Origin: Candidatus Hydrogenedentota bacterium
GTDB lineage: Bacteria > Hydrogenedentota > Hydrogenedentia > Hydrogenedentales > CAITNO01
Assembly (NCBI GenBank): GCA_022706235.1
Contig: JAKJCY010000002.1
Coordinates: forward strand, 609 to 64,608
Length of the DNA stretch: 64,000 nucleotides
Direction of reading: 5' to 3'
Positions 10,201 through 18,407 of this stretch are shown piece after piece. The notes under the pieces were generated by a model that saw only the letters and a list, made by a program, of their open reading frames with translations, had not been told where the DNA came from and did no database searches. The number at the start of each line of letters is the position of its first letter. Position 1 is the stretch's first letter. A program made the position numbers and the translations under genes.

Positions 10201-11064
10201 ATCGGAAAAATCCCGCATGGCCGACAACGCCGTATCCCGGCTATATTCCAAGTAGGCCTGGGCGTCTTTGCTACCGCCTGATGCCAGCATGGCATGTCCG
10301 GTGACCTGATAGGCAGCCACCAGCCAATAGACCGCCTTATCCGATGCGCATTCGGCATACGGCGGCAGCGCATCCGTAAAGGCGCGCAGTTCGTCCACAT
10401 CCGCAATGCCCCGGTCCGCATCCCAGACCAGGTTGTTCAACGCCGCATCCACCGCGAGGGACTCGGAGGAAGCCGGCCAGGTGTTCACAATGGCAAAATA
10501 CGCCAGGAAGGCTTCACTAACGCGGGACTGCGCCAGCGACGCGTCGCCTTCGGCCAACACTTGTTCCGCACTTGGCGATGATGACGCCGGAACCGACAAC
10601 GTTGAGAGCGCTGAAGCGTCCGCTTCTCCTTCATCGGCAGGCGCCGCCCCTTGCGTCACTTCTTTGCCGGAACGATACACCCGGACAGCGCCGCGTTCTT
10701 TCCCCTCCCGGGAGGAACGCACGGTATAGGCTTTGGCAAGCAGGCTGTCCAGCGGGGTAACCGTAGCGGAGGGTGCCGGTAAAAAGCGTGCCAGGCGGAT
10801 ACGCTGTTCGCGCGGCAGTTGCCCGGCGCTTTCTCCTGGGGTTGTCTGCCGGTCCTCAGATATGCTTATCTCCGAGGAAACTTCACCAAGTAGTCCTGTG
10901 TCCGCCTTAATAGCATCTGCACCAAGGGGTGTTGGCAATGGTTCTACCGGTATATGCCGAGAAAGCCGCATCGGCAAGGAGGCTTCTTCAGCGGAGACAG
11001 ACGCCACAGGCCATACCCCCATGGAAAAGGGAAGCAGGGTGGAAATTACCAGCGCAGTGACCAC
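4231..11064 (-). CDS. Giant Rhs/YD-repeat polymorphic toxin (2277 aa). Order of parts: signal-like N-terminus, helical-repeat region, C39-like peptidase module, YD-repeat shell, lectin-like insert, RHS core, 131-aa Cys-rich tip.
   Basis: Many YD-type repeats (YxYDxxGR/N...). The RHS core signature is YFPYRYYSPSMNRWTSADPAGL...HDPLGL, with DPLGL at 4627-4641. A Cys...His pattern EWCGPYALALL...NHFVFV occurs at about aa 525-647. The GTG start at 11064 is uncertain. Confidence 0.9.
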   Translation of the reverse strand: MVTALVISTLLPFSMGVWPVASVSAEEASLPMRLSRHIPVEPLPTPLGADAIKADTGLLGEVSSEISISEDRQTTPGESAGQLPREQRIRLARFLPAPSATVTPLDSLLAKAYTVRSSREGKERGAVRVYRSGKEVTQGAAPADEGEADASALSTLSVPASSSPSAEQVLAEGDASLAQSRVSEAFLAYFAIVNTWPASSESLAVDAALNNLVWDADRGIADVDELRAFTDALPPYAECASDKAVYWLVAAYQVTGHAMLASGGSKDAQAYLEYSRDTALSAMRDFSDSPYQLFIPGHYLLSCRDLGRSELDTGMARLQLVISGETSNSMLKFAARHALATHYNSAYNDIVEGSVQAMNVVDEYSGSVPERMLQEETASPNLRAHLNFGLGYIHYQMGQFGTARRYFEAAPAADGDNRRLADAAAYMTAYLTELADLHQTERILTAYYGYMDAWPDGEYLDKALMRVASVLDQSGNLRDAARTFRTLLDLFPGASWADNIQQIAKDLEASIAAGMEEQRRGDALVAEYGMEWCGPYALALLLESQGKDADLRALAEDSGMDYSGTSLAGLQAAAVAAGLTAYGVKVSGAASLTAPAIAHLSPNHFVFVSAVTATDISVEDLQGPHIVSHEDFDALFSGYALLVSEPDVYTGVDTATLETIRGGQSDGFYIGMTEAYMQCINQDRPEGCPPERPPNYGGPSTGGGGGNNPTSAPHSKGTSSPGDIHNGPYVNTPGAMADPANPSVNPNIPFGGSALTVSMGTNHRAMSMMQTDIHVPTRGAMDFFFRRVYYNPWGKHRDYMASETRPYKNNIGNGWRHNFNVHVRLSSANGYLAYVDANGNFKRFTRTDTNVNGYDLYQRAPLDMDEEDVNALRTERAIRARRHVQEGWVEIEFPDGITCRFSAPINDLERYCRLESFEDVSGNTFTLAYADLWLTGADSISTNFGRLSQVTAPSGDDRYLQFYYSGNLIERVDLLQPDGAGTEILKKVEYSYGPYKTGQGTPYNYLRSVEIDDNPDDTVYFEYEEGVYDNTVVGMYPSKITDKEGNQLEIACTYGYVPGNNFISTTETALTFPDGLTTVYEKTYKDYTDVRNYDGAAALSRFFFKVDGHGVRVDYARYYHEPGGATYDQWNYYYENNYDLTAVGNVAVQYWYNDDGRVTKYACGYVYYRYEYPAGGGLYPIRQYGPGTADDLYKGPMTEFVYDAYDRLVQVKPPDMGSNGLSIAYDAYGQVTSRTNASSDTQSYTYDSRGNMTSHTDYESNTWTCTYDDLGRMVTQTDPANRTTTYTYTGGCPSCGGASGQIASITLPDNRQLFFDYDNNGNLILQTDPLGHETAYSYDGMGRLVSVLTEEGRQQTFTYDILGNMISKTDFGGKTTHYEYDYRGLMTRTWLQVGAVEDTLVENEYNISGWLVKVTDGEGQDINFAYNERGQVTRTSHGEWCSLLDTCDFGALHIWNDYDQYGRLYRTRAETRTPAVNIVVDPIEYFYNDTTGQLTRKRTTNDNGAVVNDVDYYYDVNGKLTRVDDWTGGSGNDGHEFAYDDNGKVTTYTDYDDAELSYTYDALGRPVAMDAYETGNSYGYAYNTAGQLSTITAPGNRQWGFNYDNAGQLSYYTWPNGQRTEYTYDDDGRLTGLVHKDSPASGARAGWQYVLGDDGTILRMVDARSAYQADREYEYDHRDRLIRALWYQSDGAPQLRLAYTYDAADNMLSQTRYSYTSRVYDAFMDGDFTGSPAWTVESGTWSAATGALVPVPQSGARAISTANTYGNADVWYAFKRTGTGGGLDNSMVQLRYVDANNWLGVRFMWNMLIVVEKANGVEQDLAYTGIVFAAQDVWYEIYIQLDGSSVILFACERGDTLRRLLETTTNLGVTTNALRVRVSGVMPFEFDEFRVCSRSIHAGQSMTFTYGPANQLATMTMSGVTSSYTYDPWGRLASRSATISGQSYTATYTYRFGDKLKRIDSNFPTETAVVQYNYDGLGKRRLKAIGNDTTYWRWDTGTSVLAQYQDTTPDWGISGFDRFFVPFGHTALAEADLDASGVPANAAYTYLTHDHLGTSTHGFDQSKTVVSQNVHLPFGQRSYAYGNSPYHEFTGKPWDAESQMYYFPYRYYSPSMNRWTSADPAGLVDGPNVYGYVGGNPMSSHDPLGLTSNIFPTSGTGEGTNCRVEVCRTRLFGIAKIELLWIYHEEARWPKWGEKGHASPPNYQIHDCNCQPAIRSKTGTLNDGVGKGKHCASATCEDIASCLFSARTSCWSGSWGRRNNCQTSTTRGLEACCMRQP
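4627..5919 (-). repeat. About 1.3-kb homology block shared with 1552-2847 (main-gene copy)
   Basis: See 1552-2847. Homology starts at the TSRVYDAF motif (T codon 5917-5919) and ends at DPLGL. Confidence 0.8.
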
Positions 11065-11625
11065 TGCGCCGAAATTGGTTACCCCCTCCCTGCGGACACT
11101 TATAAATACTGCAAATATACCGCACCTCCTGAAAGTTCAGGCCGTCATTATGCTGAATGGCTGTATGTCTTCATGAAATACATGTTATGCCCTACACCTT
11201 TTTTATACCCCATTTCGTTTAAAATGTCAAGTAGAATTCGCCGTAGATATAGGTGGAATGAGGGTAAAAAAATGACAGGGTGGCCCCGGCGGCTTGTTAC
11301 GCCTTACCAGGCGGGCTTCTACCCGCAAGGTCTCAAAGAAGGGTTTCGTATGTAGACTTCACATTACATCCTCCTTTCACGAGCTTACTTGACACACAAG
11401 GACTGACTCCCCAAAAACAAGCCTAACCCATTATTGCTATCAACAACATCTCTGTTTTGGGGTGTCTATCCCTCCTCTGAGGGCTTAAGCTAGTGCCATT
11501 CGCGTCTGCCCCCGTTTTGCGGACACAGGAATAAACATTCACGGCAAAGCCGTTTAGTCCAACAGGAAAGTTCAGGCAGTGTGGCCGGCCATCGCGAACT
11601 ATCCGCATTCGGAACATTCTCAGAA

Positions 11626-12891
11626 TTAATGTGAAGCGGGCCGAAGAATATGAATGCCAAGTCGGGGTATTGAGAAGGTCAAGGCGCCCTTCCGGACAGA
11701 AGCTTCGTTTCCGGAACCGCTATCCGTATAGACAACACCTTCAAGCGTATCCAACCCGTTTAGGGTATACGTAACCGGGAAAAAATATTCGTTGACGATG
11801 ATCCACCAGGTCTCTCCGTTTAATGTTTTTCCGAGCACCGGAAGACTCAGGATGTTGTCGTTCAGGCTTAGTGGAAATACACCCATCACCCAGGCGTCAA
11901 TGGTTGGCGCGACGGGTGAATCGGGCGCCGTCAACAAGGACTGGTTGTCCGCCAGTTCCCGGACAACGGTGAGAATGCCCTTCCAGCATTCAGAGTCTTT
12001 TTCAAGAACATGAGTACCCCAGTACAGAATGCCTCGGGCCCCCCGGGCAACGGCATCGTAGGCCATGAACCGGGATTCTTCAAGGGTTGGCCATTGGGCG
12101 GGTTCCTCTTTGATGGCAAACAGCTCGCCGGACAGATATCCCCAGCTCATCCCCTGCAACACCATCCACACGGGTTTACCGGGCGCGCTTTCCTGCATCC
12201 TCGAGGTGGTCACGCCGACCCAACCCAAACCGATGCGGGAGATATCCATCGGATGGGTGGGATACGGCATCAGCGGATAGATGTCGGCGCCTACAATGTC
12301 CGCTGCGCGGCCAAATCCTTCCAACAATCGAACGGAATTACCCGCCGCATGATTTAACCATACAGGATGATGCGGATCCAGTTCCTTAATTTTCTCATAC
12401 CCTGCCAATAGGCCATCCCGTAACGCCGATGCATTCTTGTTAAAAAGCGTGGTCTTTTCCTTCAAAGTTCCTTCGGAAGAAAGGGCATTTACGGCACACA
12501 TCCACAAGCCTTCATCGGGCCCTTCCCAAATCGCCAGGGCAGGATGGGCGCCGCAGCGTGCCACCATTTCTTCCAGTTGTGTCTCGCGGGCGATGGAATC
12601 CGGGCCCAACTGCATCAGGCCGCCGGTGTTTATCCAGGCGTAGAGCCTGTGCCTGTGAAGACGGTCGAGTGAGACGTTATCATCGGAGCTGCGCACAAGA
12701 TTAAATCCTGCGTGAGCGACGTCCTCCAGCACGGCATCTTCGGCCGGGTTCTCATAGAGTCCCATAATGAAGGTGCGCTCTCCATTTACCAGGAGCATGC
12801 GGTCCGCATCAATGGCTACATCCGCTGCGAAAGCGGACCATGGAAATCCCATGAGGGCGGCCAGAATTACGGCACGAAATCGAAACCTCAT
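11626..12891 (-). CDS. Secreted TIM-barrel glycoside hydrolase-like protein (family not assigned)
   Basis: 421-aa ORF with a signal peptide (MRFRFRAVILAALMGFPWSAFAAD). The overall pattern resembles clan GH-A enzymes. The family call is weak. Confidence 0.5.
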   Translation of the reverse strand: MRFRFRAVILAALMGFPWSAFAADVAIDADRMLLVNGERTFIMGLYENPAEDAVLEDVAHAGFNLVRSSDDNVSLDRLHRHRLYAWINTGGLMQLGPDSIARETQLEEMVARCGAHPALAIWEGPDEGLWMCAVNALSSEGTLKEKTTLFNKNASALRDGLLAGYEKIKELDPHHPVWLNHAAGNSVRLLEGFGRAADIVGADIYPLMPYPTHPMDISRIGLGWVGVTTSRMQESAPGKPVWMVLQGMSWGYLSGELFAIKEEPAQWPTLEESRFMAYDAVARGARGILYWGTHVLEKDSECWKGILTVVRELADNQSLLTAPDSPVAPTIDAWVMGVFPLSLNDNILSLPVLGKTLNGETWWIIVNEYFFPVTYTLNGLDTLEGVVYTDSGSGNEASVRKGALTFSIPRLGIHILRPASH

Positions 12892-13264
12892 TGGTTGCCC
12901 TTTCCCCGGCGGTTTAAACCGGTTTGTTTTCGGAATCCTTTACATCCGAAAGACTTTAAAGGGGGGCGTGAGGTTTCACGAAAATTCATGGGCAGGCGCT
13001 GGCGGGAAAGGGCCGTCACCGCTAAAGGACTTAAACGACAATAAGGACATCAAGGACATCTGTGGTGACCGCACAAATGACTTCAGGGGGTGCTGTTTGG
13101 GCGCGCCCTTTGTACCCCTGTGGTACTTTGAGTTCTTTGTAAAGTCGTTGTTATTTTCGGGCAACCTTATCATCGAGAATTGCCCATAACTCCTCCCTCA
13201 GGGGGGAAAACAGACTCAAGGCTTATTGTGATACCCCTCCCCCTATATTCCGTGTGAAACGGCG

Positions 13265-14119
13265 TTACCCCGAGGCATTTTCCCACCCATTGGAAATCAG
13301 CGCATATCCCTCTTCATAAACTTCCTCAAGGCTGTTGGAGAGATCGCGCCACACGCAGGTGGTCGCCGCCAAATCCGGCATCGTTCTGCCAAAAGCCTCT
13401 ATGGTAATCCAGCCGTCATAATTGCTTTGTCGCAGTGCGGAGAAGGTCTCGGGCCAGGGTATATGGTCACGGCCGGGGGTGCCGCGATCGTTGGCGGAAA
13501 CATGAAAATGGCCCAATACATCCCCTTCCTCAAGAATACAGCCGACTGGGTCTTTCTCTTCAATATTGCCGTGAAAGGTGTCATACATGGCCTTAAAACA
13601 GGGATGCCCCACGCGCCTGACATATTCGGCGGCATCGTGGAGCGTGTTCAGGAAATAGCATTCAAAGCGGTTGAGGGGCTCAATGGCCAGGAGCACATTC
13701 GCATCCCCCGCTTCACAAGCCATATTCCAGTGTATCTCCGCCGCCCGTTCTTTGTCCTCTTCCGTAGGGCCTTCCCCGGTAAAAACTCCAAGCGGCTGGT
13801 AATAGGGACCACACAATACCTCCGCATGCAAGGCCTCACAACATTCCAGTACCCAATGGAGATAGTCCCGCGCGCCTTCCCGCTCCTTTTCATTGGGGCT
13901 GATGGGATTGTGGGCCTGGTCTGGAATCACCGTAACGGCCGTACACAGCAATCCGTTATCCATCAAAGCGCGCCCTACGTTCGCATAGTGTTTTACATCC
14001 CCGTTGAACAAGGGAATTTCCACACCGTCATACCCTGTATTTCTCAGTGTTTTGAACAGGGGGTAATGCTCTTCCGTTACAAAAGGCGTCCATAACAACA
14101 TGTTAAAACCGATTTTCAT
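13265..14119 (-). CDS. Sugar phosphate isomerase/epimerase (xylose isomerase-like TIM barrel, ketose 3-epimerase-like)
   Basis: 284 aa. Motifs: GYDGVEIP, AIEPLNRFE, DTFH, HFHVSANDRGTPG, ITIEAF. Confidence 0.8.
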   Translation of the reverse strand: MKIGFNMLLWTPFVTEEHYPLFKTLRNTGYDGVEIPLFNGDVKHYANVGRALMDNGLLCTAVTVIPDQAHNPISPNEKEREGARDYLHWVLECCEALHAEVLCGPYYQPLGVFTGEGPTEEDKERAAEIHWNMACEAGDANVLLAIEPLNRFECYFLNTLHDAAEYVRRVGHPCFKAMYDTFHGNIEEKDPVGCILEEGDVLGHFHVSANDRGTPGRDHIPWPETFSALRQSNYDGWITIEAFGRTMPDLAATTCVWRDLSNSLEEVYEEGYALISNGWENASG

Positions 14120-14335
14120 AATACCCTCCCATCAAAGGCGCGGTTACGTAAATGTCCATGTCATAGCATCATACCCTTACCATCATACTAAACAAAGTGT
14201 ACGGTATCCAGCATTTTTTTTGCATCCTATTTTTGTCCGGCATACAATGCTGCTTTGTCCTTTCATGATACTATTCCATAGTGTGAAGGGAAGGCCGTTA
14301 TGAAATGCAATCGAAGTAGAAAGGAAGGTCATTCC

Positions 14336-15568
14336 ATGAACAGACGGATTTATGCACACTGTAATGTCAGAATGCTTGCCGCCGCGCTCCTCCTTGCCGG
14401 GATTTTTCTGACGGCCGCTACCGCTGCGCCGGTTGAAATGCCGTGGGACAAGGACGCCCTGTTTAAAACTCCCGAAATCTTTCCAGCGGAAGAGTTCTCC
14501 GAGCCGGGTATCCGCGCGTTATTTTATGAAGGGTTGCCTTTTCAGGAAAAACCTACCCGGGTGTTCGCCTGGTACGGGACGCCAACCGGCGCCGCCGGGG
14601 AGAAGTTTCCCGGCATGGTACTGATCCATGGTGGCGGCGGCACGGCCTTTGCCGAATGGGTACGCCTTTGGGTGAAGCGCGGCTACTGCGCCATCGCCCT
14701 GGATACCTGCGGCTGTGTGCCCCGGGGCGAATACGGCAATTGGGAACGGCATGACGCCGGAGGGCCCGCAGGCTGGGGCGGCTTTGACCAACTGGATGCG
14801 CCAATTAAAGATCAGTGGACCTATCATGCCATAGCCGACGTGTTGCTGGCCCACTCACTACTGCGTTCTTTTCCGGAGGTAGATGCGGAGCACACGGGTA
14901 TTACCGGCATTTCGTGGGGCGGCTATCTGACCTGTATTGCCTCGGGTGTTGATTCGCGGTTTAAATGTGCTGTTCCCGTTTATGGGTGCGGCTTTCTGGG
15001 TGAGGATTCCGCCTGGGTGGATACCTTCAAGGGCATGGGTGAAGAAAAAGCGACGGCATGGCTGGGACGATGGGACCCGTCCGTGTACCTGTCCGGGGCG
15101 GCAATGCCCATGCTCTGGGTGACGGGCACCAATGATTTTGCCTACCCCATGAACGCCCTGCAAAAGTCCTATCGCCTGCCCGGCGGACCGCGCACCCTCT
15201 GCATCCGCATACGCATGCCTCACGGCCATGGGGGCGCGGGCGAAAATCCGGAAGAGATACATGCCTTCACCAACAGCATTCTGCGTTCAGGCGGCCCGCT
15301 GCCCGTTATTACCGCGCAAGGCAGAGACGGACAGACCGCCTGGGCAACCTTTGCCGCCGGAACGCCGGTCGAAAAAGCGGAACTCGTCTATACCAAGGCT
15401 GTGGGAAAATGGCAGGACCGTCTCTGGGAAAGCGTACCAGGGCGGGTCAACCAGGAAGCGGGCAGGGCGACCGGTATCCTTCCGGAGGGCACAACGGTGT
15501 ACTATCTGAACCTGACGGATGAAAAAGGGCATATCGTCAGCAGTGAACATGAAGTTCTCACAGATTAA
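14336..15568 (+). CDS. Secreted alpha/beta hydrolase (acetyl xylan esterase / dienelactone hydrolase-like)
   Basis: The ORF track starts at 14300. The ATG at 14336 has AGGAAGG 8 nt upstream and gives a signal-like N-terminus. HGGGG oxyanion-type motif and GISWGG nucleophile elbow. Confidence 0.75.
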   Translation: MNRRIYAHCNVRMLAAALLLAGIFLTAATAAPVEMPWDKDALFKTPEIFPAEEFSEPGIRALFYEGLPFQEKPTRVFAWYGTPTGAAGEKFPGMVLIHGGGGTAFAEWVRLWVKRGYCAIALDTCGCVPRGEYGNWERHDAGGPAGWGGFDQLDAPIKDQWTYHAIADVLLAHSLLRSFPEVDAEHTGITGISWGGYLTCIASGVDSRFKCAVPVYGCGFLGEDSAWVDTFKGMGEEKATAWLGRWDPSVYLSGAAMPMLWVTGTNDFAYPMNALQKSYRLPGGPRTLCIRIRMPHGHGGAGENPEEIHAFTNSILRSGGPLPVITAQGRDGQTAWATFAAGTPVEKAELVYTKAVGKWQDRLWESVPGRVNQEAGRATGILPEGTTVYYLNLTDEKGHIVSSEHEVLTD

Positions 15569-15984
15569 ATCAGGCGCCTTTTTGATTGAATAAGAAAACG
15601 GACCGCCTTATTAGATCCCCGTCCTCAGTGCAACGGGCGAGACGCCCGTGCCACGCAGTTTAGCCTGTTTGTTTCACCCTGGAGTGCATTTTGGGAGATT
15701 ATCGGCTCGCAGCGGCTACAAAAACAAGAAGTTAGGTGTGTTATTCATACTTGAGAAAAAATGGGACTGTTCCCGCCGCACCATACCATAATTGGCGGAT
15801 AAAGCATTTAGACTATGGCAGTATTTTGGACCGGGATACACAAATTGATCAAGCGGCGGGAACTGTCCCGCTTTTTTCGGTCTTGCTCCATGGGCCCGCA
15901 AAAAATTTGGGACAGCCTCCGGCGCGTTTTAAGATCGCGTACAATATTCAAGGGCTTCGCATGCGCCGGATGCAGTTCGCGGTA

Positions 15985-18050
15985 GGAATGGCCCTTACGG
16001 GCCACCCCCCGCACAGATCCCGGCGCGCGGTATTACCGCACCGGGCTCCTACCTTGGGTTATGACGTTTTCAGTCGCATATTTGGATAAGGTTGTGTGAT
16101 TCGCGGTCGTGGTAGCCATTGTTGTGCCAGCCTGTCCATGTACTCCCATGTAACACGTTTCTTCTTGTCGCCGCGTCTGCGCAGCATCCGCTTCCAGATT
16201 TTAAGAACCTGGTAACGAAACGTACTCAGCGCACGGATATTTCGGGGCACTCCGTAGTACTGATAGTGGCCTTGCAGTACTTTACGAAGCCACTGTCCCG
16301 TGTCGCTGATGGCGCGATGCATTCGGCGGCGCATTTCCTGTGTGAGCGCTTCCAACTTTGCATGCATCTTTTTGGCCATGGTGATGCGAAGTACACAAAA
16401 CTTTCCCCGGCGCGTTTTACCGCAGATGTGGGTAAAGCCAAGAAAGTTAAACGTCTCTGGCTTGCCCTCTCCACGCGCCTGACGGTTCTGGGCTGCAAAT
16501 CGTCCGAATTCAATGAGTCGCGTCTTCGTCTCGTTAACCTGAAGATTGAACTTCTTCAATCGCTCGCGCAACTCACCTTGGAACTTTTCTGCTTCGTCCC
16601 TGTGTTGGAACCCCACGATAATATCATCTGCATAGCGTATAATGATCATGTCGCCACGGGCTGCCTGCTCACGCCATTGTTGCGCCCATAAATCGAACGC
16701 GTAGTGCAAGTAGACATTGCCCAGCAACGGTGAAATTACGCCGCCTTGCGGCGTGCCTTCTTCATTCGCGCGCCATACTTGATCTTCGAGTACTCCTGCC
16801 TTTAGCCACTTCTTGATATGCCGTTGAACGCGTCGGTCGCCTATTCGGTGTTCCATGAAGCGAAGCATCCAGTCATGATCGATTGTATCGAAAAATCCCC
16901 GTATGTCCGCATCAAGAACCCAGTTTATCTTGCGCCGTTCTAGGCCTACCGTCACTGCATCCAGCGCTTTGTGTTGGCTTCGGCCGGGACGAAAGCCATA
17001 GGAAAAACCCAGGAAGTCTGTCTCGTAGATACCATTGAGCACTTCCACCGTCGCCCGTTGGACTATCTTGTCTTCCAGCGAGGTGATGCCTATGGGCCGT
17101 TCGCGACCATCCGGCTTGGGAATATACATCCGTTTTACCGGCCGTGCCTTGTACGCACCCCGTTGCAGGCGCATGCTTAAATCCTTGAGGTGGTCCTCCA
17201 AGGTTTCTTCATAGTCGTGCCATGTTACTGCGTCCTCGCCCGGGGCCGCGTTACGCTTGAGCGCTTGGAAGGCTTGCCGAAGGCGATTGACGTTGTAAAC
17301 ATGGTGCCACAGTGCTGTGAATCGTGTTTTCTTATCCTTTCTTGCTGCTGCACGTATCCGGTCAAGCGCATGTTGCAGGTCCACCTGGCCTTGAGTCCAG
17401 AACCTGGTTTGCTCAACCTGATTTCCCTTGGTCAAGCCCCTTCCCTCCAGACACTCCGCGGGAGGCTTATAAGACCGTCCTTTGTTCGCGTCCTTCTTTG
17501 GTACTATGAGCTTGTCAGACTTCCCGTCATCGTTCATCACGGCTGTACTTTCTTTTTGGCCGCACGGTCCTTGATATCCAAGGACAATAACGGGATCTCC
17601 CGGGTTCCGCGCAAGGAGCGTCTGCACGTGCTAGGGGTCTTCGACCTCGCGGGGTCTGGCAGCGTGTCGCGATTGCGACGGTGCCAGTGTGGCCTTCCGC
17701 ATATGGGAACATCGTCGGCACCCCGGAAAAGAAAATTTTCGCGGCTCAATACCCTGCCCATGCTCTCCCCTGCCAATGCTTGCCACAATCCCTCTCGGGA
17801 AAACAGCCATGGCCCGGGGCCAGTGTGGTTCGCTACTCCTTCACTGTATAAGACTTTCACTTACTACTCCTTGCCGGCTTTTCCCGGCGCTTCTCCCATT
17901 TTTTGCTCCGTACTTGCTACTCACAACTAGGTTGCGGGCAACGACCGCGTTGGAAATTAGCCCCAGGTTGCAGTACTCCGACACCCGGGGTGCTCGGCTG
18001 TGAAAACGAGTAAGAGAGACGTGTAGGAGAGACGTTGATAAAAGCGACAC
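15985..18050 (-). mobile_element. Group II intron (about 2.1 kb) with an intron-encoded RT/maturase. Both ends are approximate.
   Basis: The RT ORF sits in the middle. Downstream of the ORF there is a domain V-like hairpin (minus-strand GAGCCCGGTGCGGTAATACCGCGCGCCGGGATC, 16016-16048). A GUAA-tetraloop hairpin that could be domain VI follows. About 500 nt of structured-looking, ORF-poor sequence lies upstream of the ORF. The 5' end was placed at minus-strand GTGTC (18050), which is not a clean GUGYG. Confidence 0.75.
16059..17537 (-). CDS. Group II intron reverse transcriptase/maturase
   Basis: The track ORF is 16059-17627. The likely true start is the internal ATG at 17537 (MNDDGKSDKLIVPKK...). 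RT motifs: RPIGITSLEDKIVQ, FSYGFRPGRSQHKAL, TPQGGVISPLL, IIRYADDIIVGF. The maturase X region is C-terminal. Confidence 0.9.
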   Translation of the reverse strand: MNDDGKSDKLIVPKKDANKGRSYKPPAECLEGRGLTKGNQVEQTRFWTQGQVDLQHALDRIRAAARKDKKTRFTALWHHVYNVNRLRQAFQALKRNAAPGEDAVTWHDYEETLEDHLKDLSMRLQRGAYKARPVKRMYIPKPDGRERPIGITSLEDKIVQRATVEVLNGIYETDFLGFSYGFRPGRSQHKALDAVTVGLERRKINWVLDADIRGFFDTIDHDWMLRFMEHRIGDRRVQRHIKKWLKAGVLEDQVWRANEEGTPQGGVISPLLGNVYLHYAFDLWAQQWREQAARGDMIIIRYADDIIVGFQHRDEAEKFQGELRERLKKFNLQVNETKTRLIEFGRFAAQNRQARGEGKPETFNFLGFTHICGKTRRGKFCVLRITMAKKMHAKLEALTQEMRRRMHRAISDTGQWLRKVLQGHYQYYGVPRNIRALSTFRYQVLKIWKRMLRRRGDKKKRVTWEYMDRLAQQWLPRPRITQPYPNMRLKTS

Positions 18051-18179
18051 AATCTGTTACGCTATTCCCGATGCTCGGAGTGTCACCCGATGTGAGATTG
18101 ACAGTTCCAAGTAATGTAAACCTTAGGGGTAACGTCAGACCTGTTTTTTATATGTAGATTGTCAGGTAAACCTAGTATC

Positions 18180-18407
18180 ATGCCAAAAACAGTTTCATTA
18201 ACCGTGGAAATACCGGACAGTGTTTCTGAAAACGAGGCGCGCCTCTCTCTGGCGCTGAAACTCTTTGAGTTGTCCCGGGTATCCTTAGGTCAGGCGGCAG
18301 AAATCGCCGGTTTTTCCAAACATGCCTTTATCGAGGTGCTGAGCCAATATCACATCCCCGTCGTTAATTATCCTGCGGAAGACCTTCGCGAGGAAATGAA
18401 TGCATGA
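18180..18407 (+). CDS. UPF0175-family small HTH protein (antitoxin-like)
   Basis: 75 aa from ATG 18180 (MPKTVSLTVEIPDSVSENEARLSLALKLFELSRVSLGQAAEIAGFSKHAFIEVL...). This is the typical UPF0175 pattern, usually paired with a PIN/DUF3368-type toxin. Confidence 0.65.
   Translation: MPKTVSLTVEIPDSVSENEARLSLALKLFELSRVSLGQAAEIAGFSKHAFIEVLSQYHIPVVNYPAEDLREEMNA

Noticed and set aside
4728-10760. Dozens of 60-300-aa ORFs on both strands inside the Rhs gene (for example 5698-6585, 6706-7491, 8923-9264, 10733-11176)
   Set aside because: They are shadow frames of a long GC-rich coding region, with Arg/Pro/Gly-rich low-complexity translations. They are fully nested in a gene that has strong protein-level signatures.
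10954-11617. ORFs 10954-11355 and 11423-11617 in the Rhs upstream region
   Set aside because: They have no RBS, no motifs and odd composition. The region is more likely the Rhs promoter and leader.
1-11625. T6SS, PAAR, VgrG or Tc-toxin partners for the Rhs protein
   Set aside because: No such ORF is present in the window, so the delivery route is left open rather than assumed.
13427-14095. 222-aa plus-strand ORF
   Set aside because: It is antisense to the sugar epimerase gene, which has clear metal-ligand motifs.
15633-15649. Short perfect hairpin acgggcg-aga-cgcccgt after the esterase gene, as a terminator
   Set aside because: No T-run follows it. It resembles a common GC-rich dispersed hairpin rather than an intrinsic terminator.
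16119-17930. Plus-strand ORFs 16119-16691 and 17190-17930 within the intron
   Set aside because: They are antisense to the RT/maturase and to intron RNA domains. No recognisable motifs.
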